Shown one piece after another: positions 1-11,889 of a stretch of DNA of 43,297 nt. The position numbers and the translations under genes were made by a program. This stretch comes from Catajapyx aquilonaris (taxonomy: Eukaryota), in contig JYFJ02003350.1 in assembly GCA_000934665.2 (NCBI GenBank), positions 1 to 43,297 of the forward strand. The letters are read 5' to 3'. How positions within the stretch are numbered: position 1 is the stretch's first letter; each line of letters begins with the position of its first letter. Below the pieces are notes generated by a model that was given only the letters and a program-made list of their open reading frames with translations, ran no database searches and was not told the origin of the DNA.

Positions 1-19
1 AATGTGCGTGAAAGTTAGT

Positions 20-130
20 ACATATCTATGTATGTTTGTCCGGGCTACCTAACCCACTTTCACACCTCTGAGAGTGCTGAGATTTGGCACACCATTGTCT
101 TATGTGCCACTGATTCAGAAGAAGTCCTAA
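20..130 (-). mobile_element. Helitron/Helentron-like non-autonomous dispersed repeat fragment
   Basis: tatgtatgtttgtccggg..taacccactttca..gctgagatttggcac is the reverse complement of the motif at about 33452-33530 and 37661-37742. Family assignment is inference. Confidence 0.45.
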
Positions 131-838
131 AACTGCACTTTTTGAGTTGAAATATCCAAAATTTATGATTCTTTGTTACATTTTTTAATGAAGTTTGGTC
201 TTTCATCTGCTAGTTTTGACATAAATATTTTTCATCCTCTGAATGTACAGTATGTGGGTGTCCATTCTAAAGGGTCTAACTTACAGTACAAAAACAATAG
301 CATTTAGCCCCCCAACCCCCTTTGCACATTCGTCCCTTCAGGGTTGGAATTACTGGCAAGGTGAACGGCCATGATGAGACCCCGGATTCATTTCGGCAGG
401 GACTTTCCGTGGGCCTGAGGGTACTGTGGAAAAGGGCGCTGGCCTCTTCCATTCTCCCAAACTGTAGGTTGAAATCCAGTGGTTGGATTGTGAAGAAGAC
501 GAACAACTGGAAGGACCCCTATAAACTCTGTTTCGCCAACAACAACAACAACAAATGGTGTGGGCGTCTCCTTATTTTAACGAGTTGGATGTTGCCCACT
601 ATATTGCTTCAGACGGATTGTAAAATTGTCTTAAGGTAGTAGAGATGTCAGGTAAAATACAGTGTCTGGAATTTTTAAAATTGCGATTAATGAATAGCTA
701 GCGACCTCTTGACCGCCTCTGGGTATTAAAGATCTTGCCCCCCCTGAAGGGTCAATATTAAAGGCAGGAAGGGCGATTCCCGTTCTTGAAATCCACTTTT
801 TGGGAGGGTTTCAGGTGTAATTAAGTGGTGGTCCTTAC

Positions 839-917
839 CTGGTAATTTCCTCTAGGAGTTTGCATGGATCGGCTGCGTAGAACTTGACTCCGAAGTATAG
901 AGTGAAGGGCTCGGTAT
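839..917 (-). CDS. EPB41L4A: FERM-domain band 4.1-like protein, internal coding exon, 79 bp, phase 1/2
   Basis: Minus strand: atgttatttccAG|ATACCGAG...ATTACCAG|GTaagg, translating to (N)[26 protein letters not shown]. The [20 protein letters not shown] string is characteristic of the EPB41L4A subfamily. The gene continues beyond position 1. Confidence 0.95.
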
Positions 918-1837
918 CTGGAAATAACATGGCATCAACGCCCAATTAATAATAGGGTATGAGATTGTAATAATAATTGCGTAAAAGTGCGTGCACACCA
1001 GGAGCATTTCTTTGTGTGTGTAAAAAGTGAGATAAGAACATGGTGACATTTCCTTTCGCTTTTGACCTGCACGAGAACTCCCCTGCTGAGAAATCCTGCC
1101 GAGGACTTAGGCCCGGGATTATATGGAATTGTGTCAGGTCCTTAAACTCATGAAGTGTGGATAAGGATCGAGCTATCACATAAATTCTAGCCAATCGTGA
1201 GCATTTTTGACAAAAAAAAATTTCAGCGGGTTTTGAATAATGCTTATGTTGTGGGGGGGACCTATATACAGTGAAACGAACCTATCAAATAAATTCAAGC
1301 TTGAATCGGATCAGAATCCAACAAAATGTCCCTATTTTGGACCACAACCAATCCTGTGAAGCAACTTCCACCCTGCCGTTCCACAATAGGCATAATCTGC
1401 ATATCCAGGGCTATAACTCAGGATCCACCGGACTCGATGTGTCTAGAATGAATGATGTCCTTATCCTTCCTCCACCTCTCGTCCAACCTCCCCAAAAAAA
1501 TGGTCAATGTAACACAAACTTGATGTATCTTCCCGCCCACGAAGGGACATCACCTGTCCATCCTATCTTGCAAATCCCCTTTTCAGGTTGTGACCATCCA
1601 GAAGAGGCGTGAAATCAGGTAGAGAAGGGGACTTTGGGAAGGGTCGTGGATCAAAATGACGGGCGTTTATCGCTCTAGAAGAGGACGAACACAACACGAC
1701 AACGACAAAACAACAACAAGAGAAGAAGGGTTTTTCTGCACGCTCACTTCCTCAACACAATAAATTTTCTCTGGAGGAGGTTATGCTCCATTAAAGGCGA
1801 CTTCCACCTGGGACAGTAAAGAATGTGGAGTTTCAGG

Positions 1838-2760
1838 ACGAATTTTTGTTGAAAACGGCCGTTAAACCCTGCGCGTCCCATATGTGGACCCTGTAGTCTG
1901 CAGGGTCTACATAGGAACGCGAAGGGACTAACGGCCGTTACTCAGCAAAAATTCGGACCATGGGCGTCCCTGTGTGGACCCTGTAGTCTGCAGGGTCTAC
2001 GTAGGGACGCGCAGGGACTATTAAAAGTCCGTTATTCAACAAAATTTCGGTCCCTGCGCGGACCTTGTAGTCTGCAGGGCCCACACAGGGGACACGCAGG
2101 GACTAACGGCCGTTATTCAACAAATAATAGGACCCTGCGTATCCCTGTGTGGACCCTGTAGTCTAGCTGAAGGGTCCACACAGGAACCGTCCCTGTGTGG
2201 ACCCTTCAGCTAGACTACAGGGTCCTGAGGGACGTGCAGGGACTAACGGCCGTTATTCATTAAAAATTGAGTGCATGTGTGGACCCTGTAGTCTGCAGGG
2301 CCAACACCGTGGACATGAATTGACTAACGACCGTTATTCCACAAAAATCCAGTCCCTAAGCGTCCCTGTGTGAACCCTGTAGTCTGAAGGGTCCAAACAG
2401 GGACTCGCAGGGACCCAATTTTTGTTGAATAACGGCCGTTAGTCCCTGCACGTCCATGGGTGGACCCTTCAGACTACAGGGTTCACACAGGGACGCTCAG
2501 GGACTGGATTTTTGTCGAATAACGGTCGTTAGTAAATTCATGTCCACGGTGTGGGCCCTGCATACTACAAGGTCAGCGAATTTCTCTTGAATAACGGACG
2601 TTATAGTCTCTGTGCGTCCCTATGTAGACCCTGCAGACTACAGGGTCCACACAGGTACTGAATTTTTAATGAATAACGGTTATTCAACAAAAATTGGGTC
2701 CCTGTTTGGACCCTTCAGACTGCAGCAGGGTCCACACAGGGAAGCGCAGGGACTAACCGT
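1838..2760. repeat. Tandem array of self-complementary ~80-120 bp units in mixed orientation
   Basis: Repeated ggaccctgtagtctgcagggtcc...gggactaacggccgttattcaacaaaaatt. The orientation flips near 2410 (cagactacagggt copies follow). Confidence 0.85.
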
Positions 2761-4102
2761 CGACTGTCTGCAACGGACAGACAGAAAGGCGGTTGACAGC
2801 ACCTTTAAATAATCAGAGAAGGGCACACGATTGTTAGTCGAACCCTAATGACTTGGTATTCTTACGTTGGCAGGAACAATTTTTCTGCTGAGATAATCCG
2901 TTGCGTCACATATGTTCGTTAAGTATGGGGGCGTTGCCTGGTACGTGGGAAGGACTGGACATTACAAGAGTCCATTCTCAAGGAAGAAGCATTTCCGCGT
3001 AGGAATCGACATGCAATATGAATGGTGCCGGAAGACCATACCATCGTGTTTTTTTTTTCAATACCGCTATTGTAGAGTATCAGCTCATTAAAATCCAGCA
3101 TGTCTGCCACAATACCCCATATTGCGACGAGCCATTGCACAAAAGGACGTGTAACAGTTAGCATATTTGTTCAGGACTGAAACAGAACGCGCTAATTAAT
3201 AGACTTGCTATGAGAACCAGGGGAGCGAACAACAATTACGGAATTGGATGCTGATTGAAAATTCGCTTTGTGACCTGGCTTTTCAAAAATTTACCCACCA
3301 CAGTGAGAACCAAGCTCTTCAGTGCATAAACAATAGTTACTAGCTGAAAGCTGCTAAATAATTCTCTTGCAAAATTTCGAATATCAGGGCGTGGCAAAGT
3401 CTTGAAAAATGTCAGACTTTGCAACAATGTGATCAAAAGTGATGGTTGGCTATTAGACGTGACAAATTCTCGAGTTCAACAATATAAATGACCCGTATCC
3501 TGCTTCCTGTTCCGGTCCATCTCTCCATGTAATCAGTGTCACAGAAGACATTTAAGTTCCCGAAGGAAAATTGCTTCACTATGAATGGAAGGTCGTGGTA
3601 ACTTATAGCTATCAACTATCATTAATCATGGCATCGACCCTCAAACATGCTTTTTCTCACATTCACGAAGCCTCCACCTTGTCAGTCATTCTATTCTTTC
3701 ATGGATGACCTTCCCTGGAGATGTGACGTTGCTGGCCAAACACTTCTGGTTGGTGAATCATAAAGACCAATGAATTATGGAGTGTGTGTGTGAGTATGTG
3801 TGTTCGTTTTTAAAACGAGGCTTTGCTGTAATGATGTGTTACCCTGATGGGTGGTCTCCCCTCATTATATTAATAGCGCTTTCACTGGTCAGCCTACTCT
3901 AAAATATTGTAGAGTCATGGAGAGCGAAAGTTGCATTAATTATCAGATAAAAATATGCTAATCGTTGTTAAACATGCAACGTATGTCAGTAGGTCACCCT
4001 AATGGTTAAATGGTACACAATGTAAAATAATTCAGACTATATTCAGATCAGGTCAATCATACCCATTAATATCGATACTATTCTGACAGGTAGTTTGCTT
4101 GG

Positions 4103-4195
4103 CCACCTATACACCTATACCTATACACCTATACACCTATACACTATACCTATACACCTATACACCTATACACCTATATACCTATACACCCATAC
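4103..4195. repeat. (ACACCTAT)n-type microsatellite
   Basis: cacctatacacctatacctatacacctat... visible directly. Confidence 0.9.
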
Positions 4196-5110
4196 TATCG
4201 TCGATAATTAATTATAATATGAGCCGCATCAGAAAAACGCAATGTCATTATCAATCCTTCAGATTTAGTAAGTCTTTTCACAACCGTGTGACCTTGCCCA
4301 ATGGGAGGTTGACCCGAGGTGAAAATGTTCCACAGATTGGAAATATGAATTAATCGTTGACACCGTGAGATATCCTGGTTTTGATAATGACCTGCAAATA
4401 TCGATACATTGAGGAAATTGATATCGTTTCGCGGCTCGTGGATCAAATTCTAAGGAATTGTGACCATATAGTAGCCATTCAAAAAATAAGGGGTGATACT
4501 ACCGTTACTACTGACACTTAGCGGACTTCTGGTCAACCCCAGGGGTCTCCACGAACCCCCAAAATGACCAATCGTCCGTATCTGATCCACAAAAAGCACT
4601 GTTACATCCTCAAGGTTCGGATTAAGTCATTCACCACATGAGGTCACTTTCATATTCGAGTCTTCTCTTCGGTATTTTTTTTTGTATGTGTCCAAAGGTG
4701 ATCGTAATCGTCCTGAAGCCATTCCAGGTCCGGCCAGACCCAGTAGGGTGCATACCCTTCTCAAGATATATTTTTCACCACCATCTTATTCTAACTATTC
4801 TTCAAGAAAGGCCTTAGAGGAGCATGTATCAACCTTTCTTCACCGTACAAAGTTTCGTTCCGTTATCTACTCTGAAGAAGAAAAGTTCTTCGGAGCCTTG
4901 AACAGTTAGCAACAATTACCTGAACAATGAGCTGCGGAGATACTGTTGCAAAGTGGATACGATAAGAGGCTGGGCCGGAGGGGTGCAACTAATAGTACTG
5001 GGTAACTATTCAGATTGCAAAATTCAGTAGATGCTCACTTGATTTAAAATTTTAAATTTTAAATAAATCTATTTAACAAATCTTTAACAAATATATATAT
5101 TTTTTAAAAA

Positions 5111-5351
5111 TAACCCATGATAGGGCGGAGCCCTCTTATTGGGGGAAGGGGAGGTTCCAAAGAGAAGTCGCTGTAATTACACCAGACCTTTTCTCCTGGC
5201 CATGGGCAGAGTAGCGAGTGCAATTCTGCCCCGGCATGTCGGGTGAAAAGCGGAAAAAGACCCGGCCAAGCAGGTGACGGGGACGGGATTTGAACCCGGG
5301 CCTCCCGCTTGGCTGGCCAATGGCGTAACCACTAGACCACCATGCCTCCCC
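5111..5351 (-). mobile_element. tRNA-Gly(GCC)-derived SINE, near full length
   Basis: Reverse complement begins ggggaggcatggtggtctagtggttacgccattggccagccaagcgggaggcccgggttcaaatcccg, with A box tggtctagtgg and B box ggttcaaatcc. It closely resembles eukaryotic tRNA-Gly-GCC and continues into a body shared with other copies in the window. Confidence 0.82.
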
Positions 5352-5446
5352 AACAAATCTAATTTTAAAATTAGATGTTTAAAAATTAAAATTTAAAGCT
5401 ACAATGTTACTCACATTAAAGAGCCTCGATGAAGAATCGCCAACTT

Positions 5447-5726
5447 CTGACGTCATGTCTCTGATTGACAGGAGTAATTTTAGAGTGTCTACGTGTCCAA
5501 TGGAGGCCGCCATCTTGCTTTGATATGGAAAGTGGCCGGGTCTGACGTCACGGTCGATTCCGATTGGGTGGAGTAGTTACATGCTTTCTGGCTCCATCCA
5601 ATCAGAGTGAACCGTGACCTCAGAGCCGGCCACTTTTTTCCATATCAAAGCAAGATGGCGGCCTCCATTGGAAGCTTAAACACTCCATAATATTACTCCA
5701 GCCAATCACAGACGATGTGACGTCAC
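5447..5726. mobile_element. Long palindromic (foldback) MITE
   Basis: Imperfect ~130-bp arms, e.g. ccaatggaggccgccatcttgctttgatatggaaa versus tttccatatcaaagcaagatggcggcctccattgg, with tgacgtca near both ends. Confidence 0.75.
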
Positions 5727-5834
5727 AAATTGAACTAAAAGTGCTGGATAACTAATTCAGACTGCACTATTCAGTAGAGGCATTTAAAAATTAAATTTAT
5801 TTTAAAATTTCAAAATTTTAAAAACAACACTCAC

Positions 5835-5877
5835 TCTTCAACTGCTTGGCCACCTTCTTGGTCGGATCCAGCCAGTG
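5835..5877 (-). CDS. EPB41L4A: FERM-domain band 4.1-like protein, internal coding exon, 43 bp, phase 0/1
   Basis: Minus strand: ttgttttacttttcAG|CACTGGCTGGATCCG...TTGAAGA|GTgagt, translating to HWLDPTKKVAKQLK+A. Contains the FERM WLD motif and is in frame with the 105-bp exon. Confidence 0.93.
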
Positions 5878-6392
5878 CTGAAAAGTAAAACAACAAAAGG
5901 CGAGTTAAAATATTTCGCACTTCACTGTGTACATCCACTGTACAGACAACCCATCTGGCAACCATCCAGAGGGTCATAAACTTGCGAAACCCTCAGGGCC
6001 GCCCAAATTGCCTGAAAATGGCCGGTCACGAGTTCCACGTTAGGAAAATCATCCCTGGCAGTAAGAAGACGAGGCAATAAAATAAATAATATCATTACAT
6101 CCTTACAATGCATATACTCTGGTTATACTACAATGAAACAGGCACGCGAATAAGAGACCCATATAGTTAAACGGATGATTTACCACGAATAAGATTCTAA
6201 AAACTGGGTCGGGACTTCTGAAGGTCATATGACCGGTTAAAGTCTAGCTGGTGACAAATTCATGGTCTTGAGAGTAGATAAGGAGGGTACGTTTTTATCG
6301 CCGCTTTATTTTGCCGCCGTTGTCGTATTATGACATTGCTTCGGACACTAGTGATAACCGGTATGCTATAAACTTTAAAAAAAATCCGTTAG

Positions 6393-6866
6393 TCCGTTGT
6401 ACAACGGTCAGTAATGTACAGGACGCCTTTTTCCGGAATCAAGCAGCGTGCGCCACCTACTAATTTTATTCTCAGTTTCCTCAAAGTCTTCAGGTCGAGT
6501 AATCACCCATAGAAACCCAATTCCACCCATCTGCTCATAGTTTGTAATGTCCAAGACGCCTTTTTGCTGAATCAAGCAGCGTGCGCCACCTACTGATTCC
6601 ATTCTCAGTTTCCTCAAAGTCTTAAGGTGGAGTAATCACCCATAGAAACCCAATCTCGCCCGTCTGCTCATATTTTGTGTCATGTCTAAGAATGATGCCC
6701 GTCCGTTGTACAACGGTCAGTAACGTACAAGACGGCTTTTCTCGGAATCAAGCAGCGTGCGCCACCTACTGATTTTATTCCCAGTTTCCTTCAAGTCTTC
6801 AGGTGGAGTAACCACCCTTAGAAACCCAATCTTGCCCATCTGCTCATATTTTGTGTCATGTCTTAA
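6393..6866. repeat. Three-copy tandem duplication (~140-185 bp unit)
   Basis: gaatcaagcagcgtgcgccacctact...tagaaacccaat...ctgctcata occurs at about 6437, 6569 and 6745. Confidence 0.85.
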
Positions 6867-7804
6867 GTGCCCTATAGAGACACTGAGGGTACCAGTGACC
6901 CCGCCCCATCTCCTCCATATTCCGTCTCCTTCAAAAAAAAACAACTGGTCATTAAGACCTGGGCATCGTTTATCAAAAACCCATCCTCTGAAGTTGGCCC
7001 ACGGGCAAATGCTCACCGGTACTGTACATAAGACAGTAATGAGAATACCGGCTCACGAAGAGTTCTCCGTACAAGGAAGGGCGAGGTTCTAAAGGCAAAA
7101 GATGGGGTAGACGACGGTGTCTGGGTCGTTGACACTTTTCGTGATCTGGAACTTCCATCCTGCCGGCTCGTTTCGCGCTTGGCTTGTGGCGAAAGGAAGA
7201 GTCACGGCCGCTTAATCTATCTCGACACCGCTACCTTTACCACCGACCCATGTTTGTTTTGGCGACTCAGGAAGAGAGGAATTGGGGTGACTCACAGGTA
7301 GAGGGCAGGGTGGAGTCGGGTGTACAGGGTGGCATGTATGGGACCAGGGTGGCATATGTGAGTGGGTCATTATCAAAGCCAGGCTGTCTGCTGAATCGTT
7401 TAGAAAAGAGTTCAGATTTAGTGAGTCTTTTCATGGCCCAGATGACCGTGGCCAATGGGAGGTGGATCTATTGTATATCTATTGTATAGATTGGAAATTG
7501 GAATTTAGCCTTAAATAACTGGGAATTAAGACACTTGAGACACCATGAGGCAGCCTGGTTTTGGTAATGACAGGCCAGGGTGACATGTATGTGTCCAAGA
7601 TGGCATGTATGCGTCCATGATGGCATGCATGCGTCCATGATGGCATGCATGCGTCCATGATGGCATGCATGCGTCCATGATGGCATGCATGCGTCCATGA
7701 TGGCATGCATGCGTCCAGGATGGCATGTAGGCGTCCAGGATGGCATGTATGCGTCCAGGATGGCATGTATGTCTAGGGTGGTATGTATGTGTCCAGGGTG
7801 TCAT

Positions 7805-8027
7805 CAGAGCTGGGAAAGCTAACCGAAATTTTAGCTCATCTAACTTCCGCTAACAGCTAATTCGGTTAGTAAACCGTGGGCCGCGCTAAATTGCTAATGA
7901 TAAACAGCTAGAATGGTTAGGGGGGGGGGGGGTTCCACTAACATTTCTAGCTGTTAAGGATTTGGTGAGGTCCATGGTTTTGCTGAGCAAGTTAGCTGTT
8001 ATCCAAAGTTAGCTGTGCCTACCTCTG
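7805..8027. mobile_element. hAT-type MITE (CAGAG ends), 8-bp TSD GGTGTCAT
   Basis: TIRs cagagctgggaaagctaac / gttagctgtgcctacctctg; identical 8-bp flanks at 7797-7804 and 8028-8035. Confidence 0.85.
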
Positions 8028-8049
8028 GGTGTCATGTATGTGTCCATGG

Positions 8050-8229
8050 TAGGGCTGTTTGATATCCGAAATTACATATTATCGACTTTCGCTACTCAAA
8101 AAAATATCGAATCGAAGTCGATATATCTAAAATCGATAAACCGACATCGAACAGACATCGAACCGGCATCGAAAAATATCGAAAATATAGATATCGACAG
8201 TCGATGTATCGAAATATCGCACAGCCCTA
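8050..8229. mobile_element. hAT-type MITE (TAGGGCTG ends), 8-bp TSD GTCCATGG
   Basis: TIRs tagggctgt.. / ..acagcccta; identical 8-bp flanks at 8042-8049 and 8230-8237; ATCGA-rich subterminal repeats; second copy at 14159-14540. Confidence 0.88.
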
Positions 8230-8421
8230 GTCCATGGTGGCCTGCATGTGTCCAGGGTGGCCTGTATGTGTCCAGGGTGTCATGTATATGTCCAGGGTGG
8301 CATGTATGTCTCCAGGGTGTCATGTATGTGTCCAGGGTGGCATGTATGTCTCCAGGGTGGCCTGTGCATGTCCAGAATGGTAGGCTTTTCTAGTAAGCTT
8401 ATAAAAATAAACATCAGTTAC

Positions 8422-8526
8422 CGTTTGCTTAGTGTCGTCCACATAACGTAGTCCAAAATACGCTGTTTCAATCAGGTTGAGATGCTTGAACACGTTGTCC
8501 AGTAGTTCCTGACCAGTGGTGGTATC
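8422..8526 (-). CDS. EPB41L4A: FERM-domain band 4.1-like protein (EPB41L4A/NBL4-like), internal coding exon, 105 bp, phase 0/0
   Basis: Minus strand reads ttttcttcgtAG|GATACC...AAGCAAACG|GTaact and translates to DTTTGQELLDNVFKHLNLIETAYFGLRYVDDTKQT. This matches the FERM F1 lobe motif (LNLxExxYFGLRY). Orthology to EPB41L4A is from recalled sequence similarity, not a search. Confidence 0.93.
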
Positions 8527-10059
8527 CTACGAAGAAAAATATTTAATTAGATTCGGTACCCAGCACGTTTAAGTGTTGTGGGTCACCCCTTCCCAACTCC
8601 TGTTCCACAATTTCGATCCTGTTTCGGAGGAAGGAAATTCCTAGGGGCCACGTCTTCAGCATTCCAACCCATCCGGATGGGGTAGTTTATGTTGGATGAT
8701 GCACTGGCCTCACCACATATATACTTTTTTTTCTTACTATCTCACTCTTCAAGCCCCTAGGTAGTTCCCCTCTAATTGCAGGGGAAAAGAAATTCCAGTC
8801 CGGTCATTATTTTGCCTTCCAAAAACAAGGTGGAGCCACCACTGATTAGGCGTTAGAACAAGGTAGAAGATTCTGTGGAATCATAGAGTTGGTGGGAAAT
8901 TAGGTTATAAGGTCATATACTAGTAGCTTTAAATTATTGTCATATTTCCGATAGTTTTTTAAAAGATTTGCCCCATTAGGGGGGTGGATTACCACCATTT
9001 TTCTTACAAAATTTCTTCGCTATTTTTTGTATTTCCGATAGTTACTACCACAATTGGCTGTACATTAACACATAAGTGAGACTCATTGTCTGCCAACGCC
9101 TTCTTAAAGGGCTCAACCCAGAGGCAAGTGAGAGGTCAGAAAACTCCTTGAGTCATGCAGTCCATTAAGCTTTTCCATTTTCTCTCCTGGAAACGAGGAC
9201 AAGAGCTCTTCAAGATAACGTTTGTCTTTGTAATCTCCCCGAATATATGGCTGGAAATGGAAAACGACATTTTCCTTAGGGCGAACACCATGGTGTTCGC
9301 CCTTTTTCCATTTCCAGCCATTTTATTCGTGCTGAATCTTACACCTTTTTGGAGACAGACAGTGTACCCATATTGCAAACCACGTTGCACAGTTGCATGT
9401 ACCACACGTCCTTCCAAAGACAGAAAACGAGTCGAGTGTGAAGAGAATTTCGTATAGAAATTGGGTTCCATTCCTTCTCACAGCACAAAAGTGCTGACCT
9501 GGGAACCTACAAAAAGTCCTTTTGTGGTCTCTAGCAAACCCCCACAAAATCCCTCGTTATTTCCGCAAAGGAACGTGCCCTCGATGAAACATTTTTTCAC
9601 CATAAGATAAAACTAGTTTTATGTTCCTTCCTGAATTGAAATCTGTTCCTTAGATAAAACTCATATGCAAATTTGGTATATCCGGATTGGACAACGTCGT
9701 GACTACTCTTTTTAACGTACCGCCACCGAAATTTCATGTCGTTAGGACCGGTTTTGTAAGGGTGAAAACAAACCAATTTTATGGGTAATTAAATTGATTT
9801 ACTAGATTTTTCCCTACTGTTTCAATATTTACGTGTGCCTCCAGGGGGGAAGCAATGTACATTTGCTCTAAATAAATTCAAATGGTGGTCGGGGAAATGT
9901 TGCTTCGAGCATTTTTAGTGAAAACCACTTGCATGCATAAAATTTGTAAAGTAAATTGTGCGTTTATGTTCATTAAACATGCTAATAAGCTAAACATTTC
10001 GGATTCGCTTATTAACCGTGGGGAGGTAATAATTATGTCAAAGTAGTTTTAATGCTGAA

Positions 10060-10765
10060 TAGTATAGTGTGTACTGAAAAAGCAGAAATTGTTGACTTTT
10101 GCCCCAGCATCCAACAGAGACCTGGTCCAATAAATATGCTAGCCTCGACCAGGGCTGCTACATGGCTTACTACAAACAGACTAGCTTTCAGATGGCTCAC
10201 AGAAATATTATTTTAATTTAAAATTTAATAGTGTAGTGTATTATAGTGAAAAAAACAGAAATTGTTGACTTTTGCCCCAGCATCCCACAGAGACCTGGTC
10301 CAATAAATATGCTAGCCTCGACCAGGGCTGCTACATGGCTTACTACAAACAGACTAGCTTTCATATGGCTCACATAATCTTATTTAAAAAAATTGTTACC
10401 CCGTGATAGGGCTAGAGGCCCTCTTAGGGGGGAAGGGGAGGTTCCCAAGGGAGGGTGACGTGCGATAGCCATTTCTGACATTCTTTAACACCAGGCCTTT
10501 ACTCCTGGCCCAGAGCAGAGAAGGGAATGCAATTCTGCTCCTGCATATCGGGTGAAATCCGGAAAAATATTATTTTAATTTAAAATTATTTCATAGTGTA
10601 GTGTATTATAGTGAAAAGGCAGAAATGGTTGACTTTTACCCCAGCATCGCACAGAGACCTGGTATAATAAATATGCTAGCCTCAACTGCTACAGCACTAA
10701 TTATGATGTAGCCGCTATAGGGCTTATTACAAACAGGCTAGCTTTTAGATGACTCACATAATTTT
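10060..10765. repeat. Three-copy ~175-bp tandem duplication with a SINE fragment between copies 2 and 3
   Basis: cagaaattgttgacttttgccccagcatc..gagacctggtccaataaatatgctagcctc at about 10083, 10256 and 10620. Confidence 0.85.
10398..10566 (-). mobile_element. tRNA-Gly SINE family, 5'-truncated copy
   Basis: accccgtgatagggctagaggccctcttaggggggaaggggaggttcccaa...ctcctggcc...caattctgc...tcgggtgaaa matches 5111-5255. Confidence 0.8.
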
Positions 10766-11889
10766 TTTTATAAATTTAAATGAGTACATCGTCCGAAACA
10801 AACGTCCTTCTCTCAACAATATACGACCTCATCTGCACGACAAGTGAGACATTAAGCAGCCCATTTTGTCACCGTATACGGAACCCCCGTTTTTTTTTGT
10901 ATATCCCTATGACACCCCCGTACATGGCAAACTGCAGTGTCCCTAGCGACAAACAAGCCAGAGATTCCTTTCAAAGTCATCCAGTTAACAGGTGACATCC
11001 AGTTGTTGCCGAGGTAAATCATGCGGTCCCGTTTTCTTCATCATTTGGTATTCTTAGTGCGATGGCTGTTGCAGTGCAAGGACCTTTCTATGGCCAACAG
11101 CGGAAATTGTCTATTCGGAAACTGGTTACCTCCCTGTTTAAAAAAAAATATGATGGACTAGTTGTAATTAATGCAGTGTATACACAGTGCGGATAAATTC
11201 ACATCAAAGGAACACTGTGTAATGAAAATCTGTGGTATCGTAGGTACCATTGTGTAATATGTTCTGCAATAAACAAGGTGGAATATTATGGTGAAAGCTC
11301 CAGTCACGCCTATAGCGGCCAAGGACCCTCATGGTCAAGCGGATTCGAAGCCCTTGGGCCACTGTTTACGAAGAAATAAGATAAGAAAAAAAAGGGACAC
11401 GCAACGGTAGGGTAGACCATATGGTCCATATGGTCACTTGTACCGTATTTCCGCATGCCTGTCCATCATCAAAAAATTGGCACCTTCTAAAAACACATTG
11501 TTTGTTGTTGTTGTTTACTCTTAGGGCGTACCTATTACTCAACCCTCGTGATCTTGGAAAGGTGGGGTCATTATACTGGGCATCTCGAGTCATGAAACTT
11601 CCTTCTTCAAGGGCTCCGGCTAATGGAAGCTGTGCCATTGCACTCCGCCAAACCCCGGCGTGTCTAAGATGGACGCAGTAGATACGTGCAAGGTATTTTT
11701 TTGTGAGGATATAGACGTAGAGAGGTCTTATTTCAAAAAAGAAAAAAAAAGAAGAGTGGCTTTGTAGAGTGTAGTCAGTGGGTCGATGGTTTGGGGACAG
11801 GTTGGTCATGAGTGTCTCCTTAATGGTTGAAGTGGGCATACCTGCTGGGACACTCATGCAGATGTCTCAAATAATGATTAGGAAAGTGC

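Larger units (their letters stand above)
7318..8380. repeat. 20-bp minisatellite (GTCCAGGGTGGCATGTATGT-like), interrupted by two MITEs
   Basis: Many copies of gtcca(g/t)g(g/a)tggcatg(t/c)atg; main block 7574-8380 plus a few copies near 7320-7365. Confidence 0.9.

Noticed and set aside
852..1049. 65-aa ORF overlapping the 79-bp exon
   Set aside because: Wrong reading frame; the FERM sequence lies in another frame.
7468..7804. His/Cys/Met-rich repeat ORFs (also 41602-42616)
   Set aside because: Translations of 20-bp minisatellites.
11366..11857. 163-aa minus-strand ORF
   Set aside because: No recognisable family; crosses poly-T and (CAA)n tracts; the candidate donor near 11530 is out of phase with the 105-bp exon.
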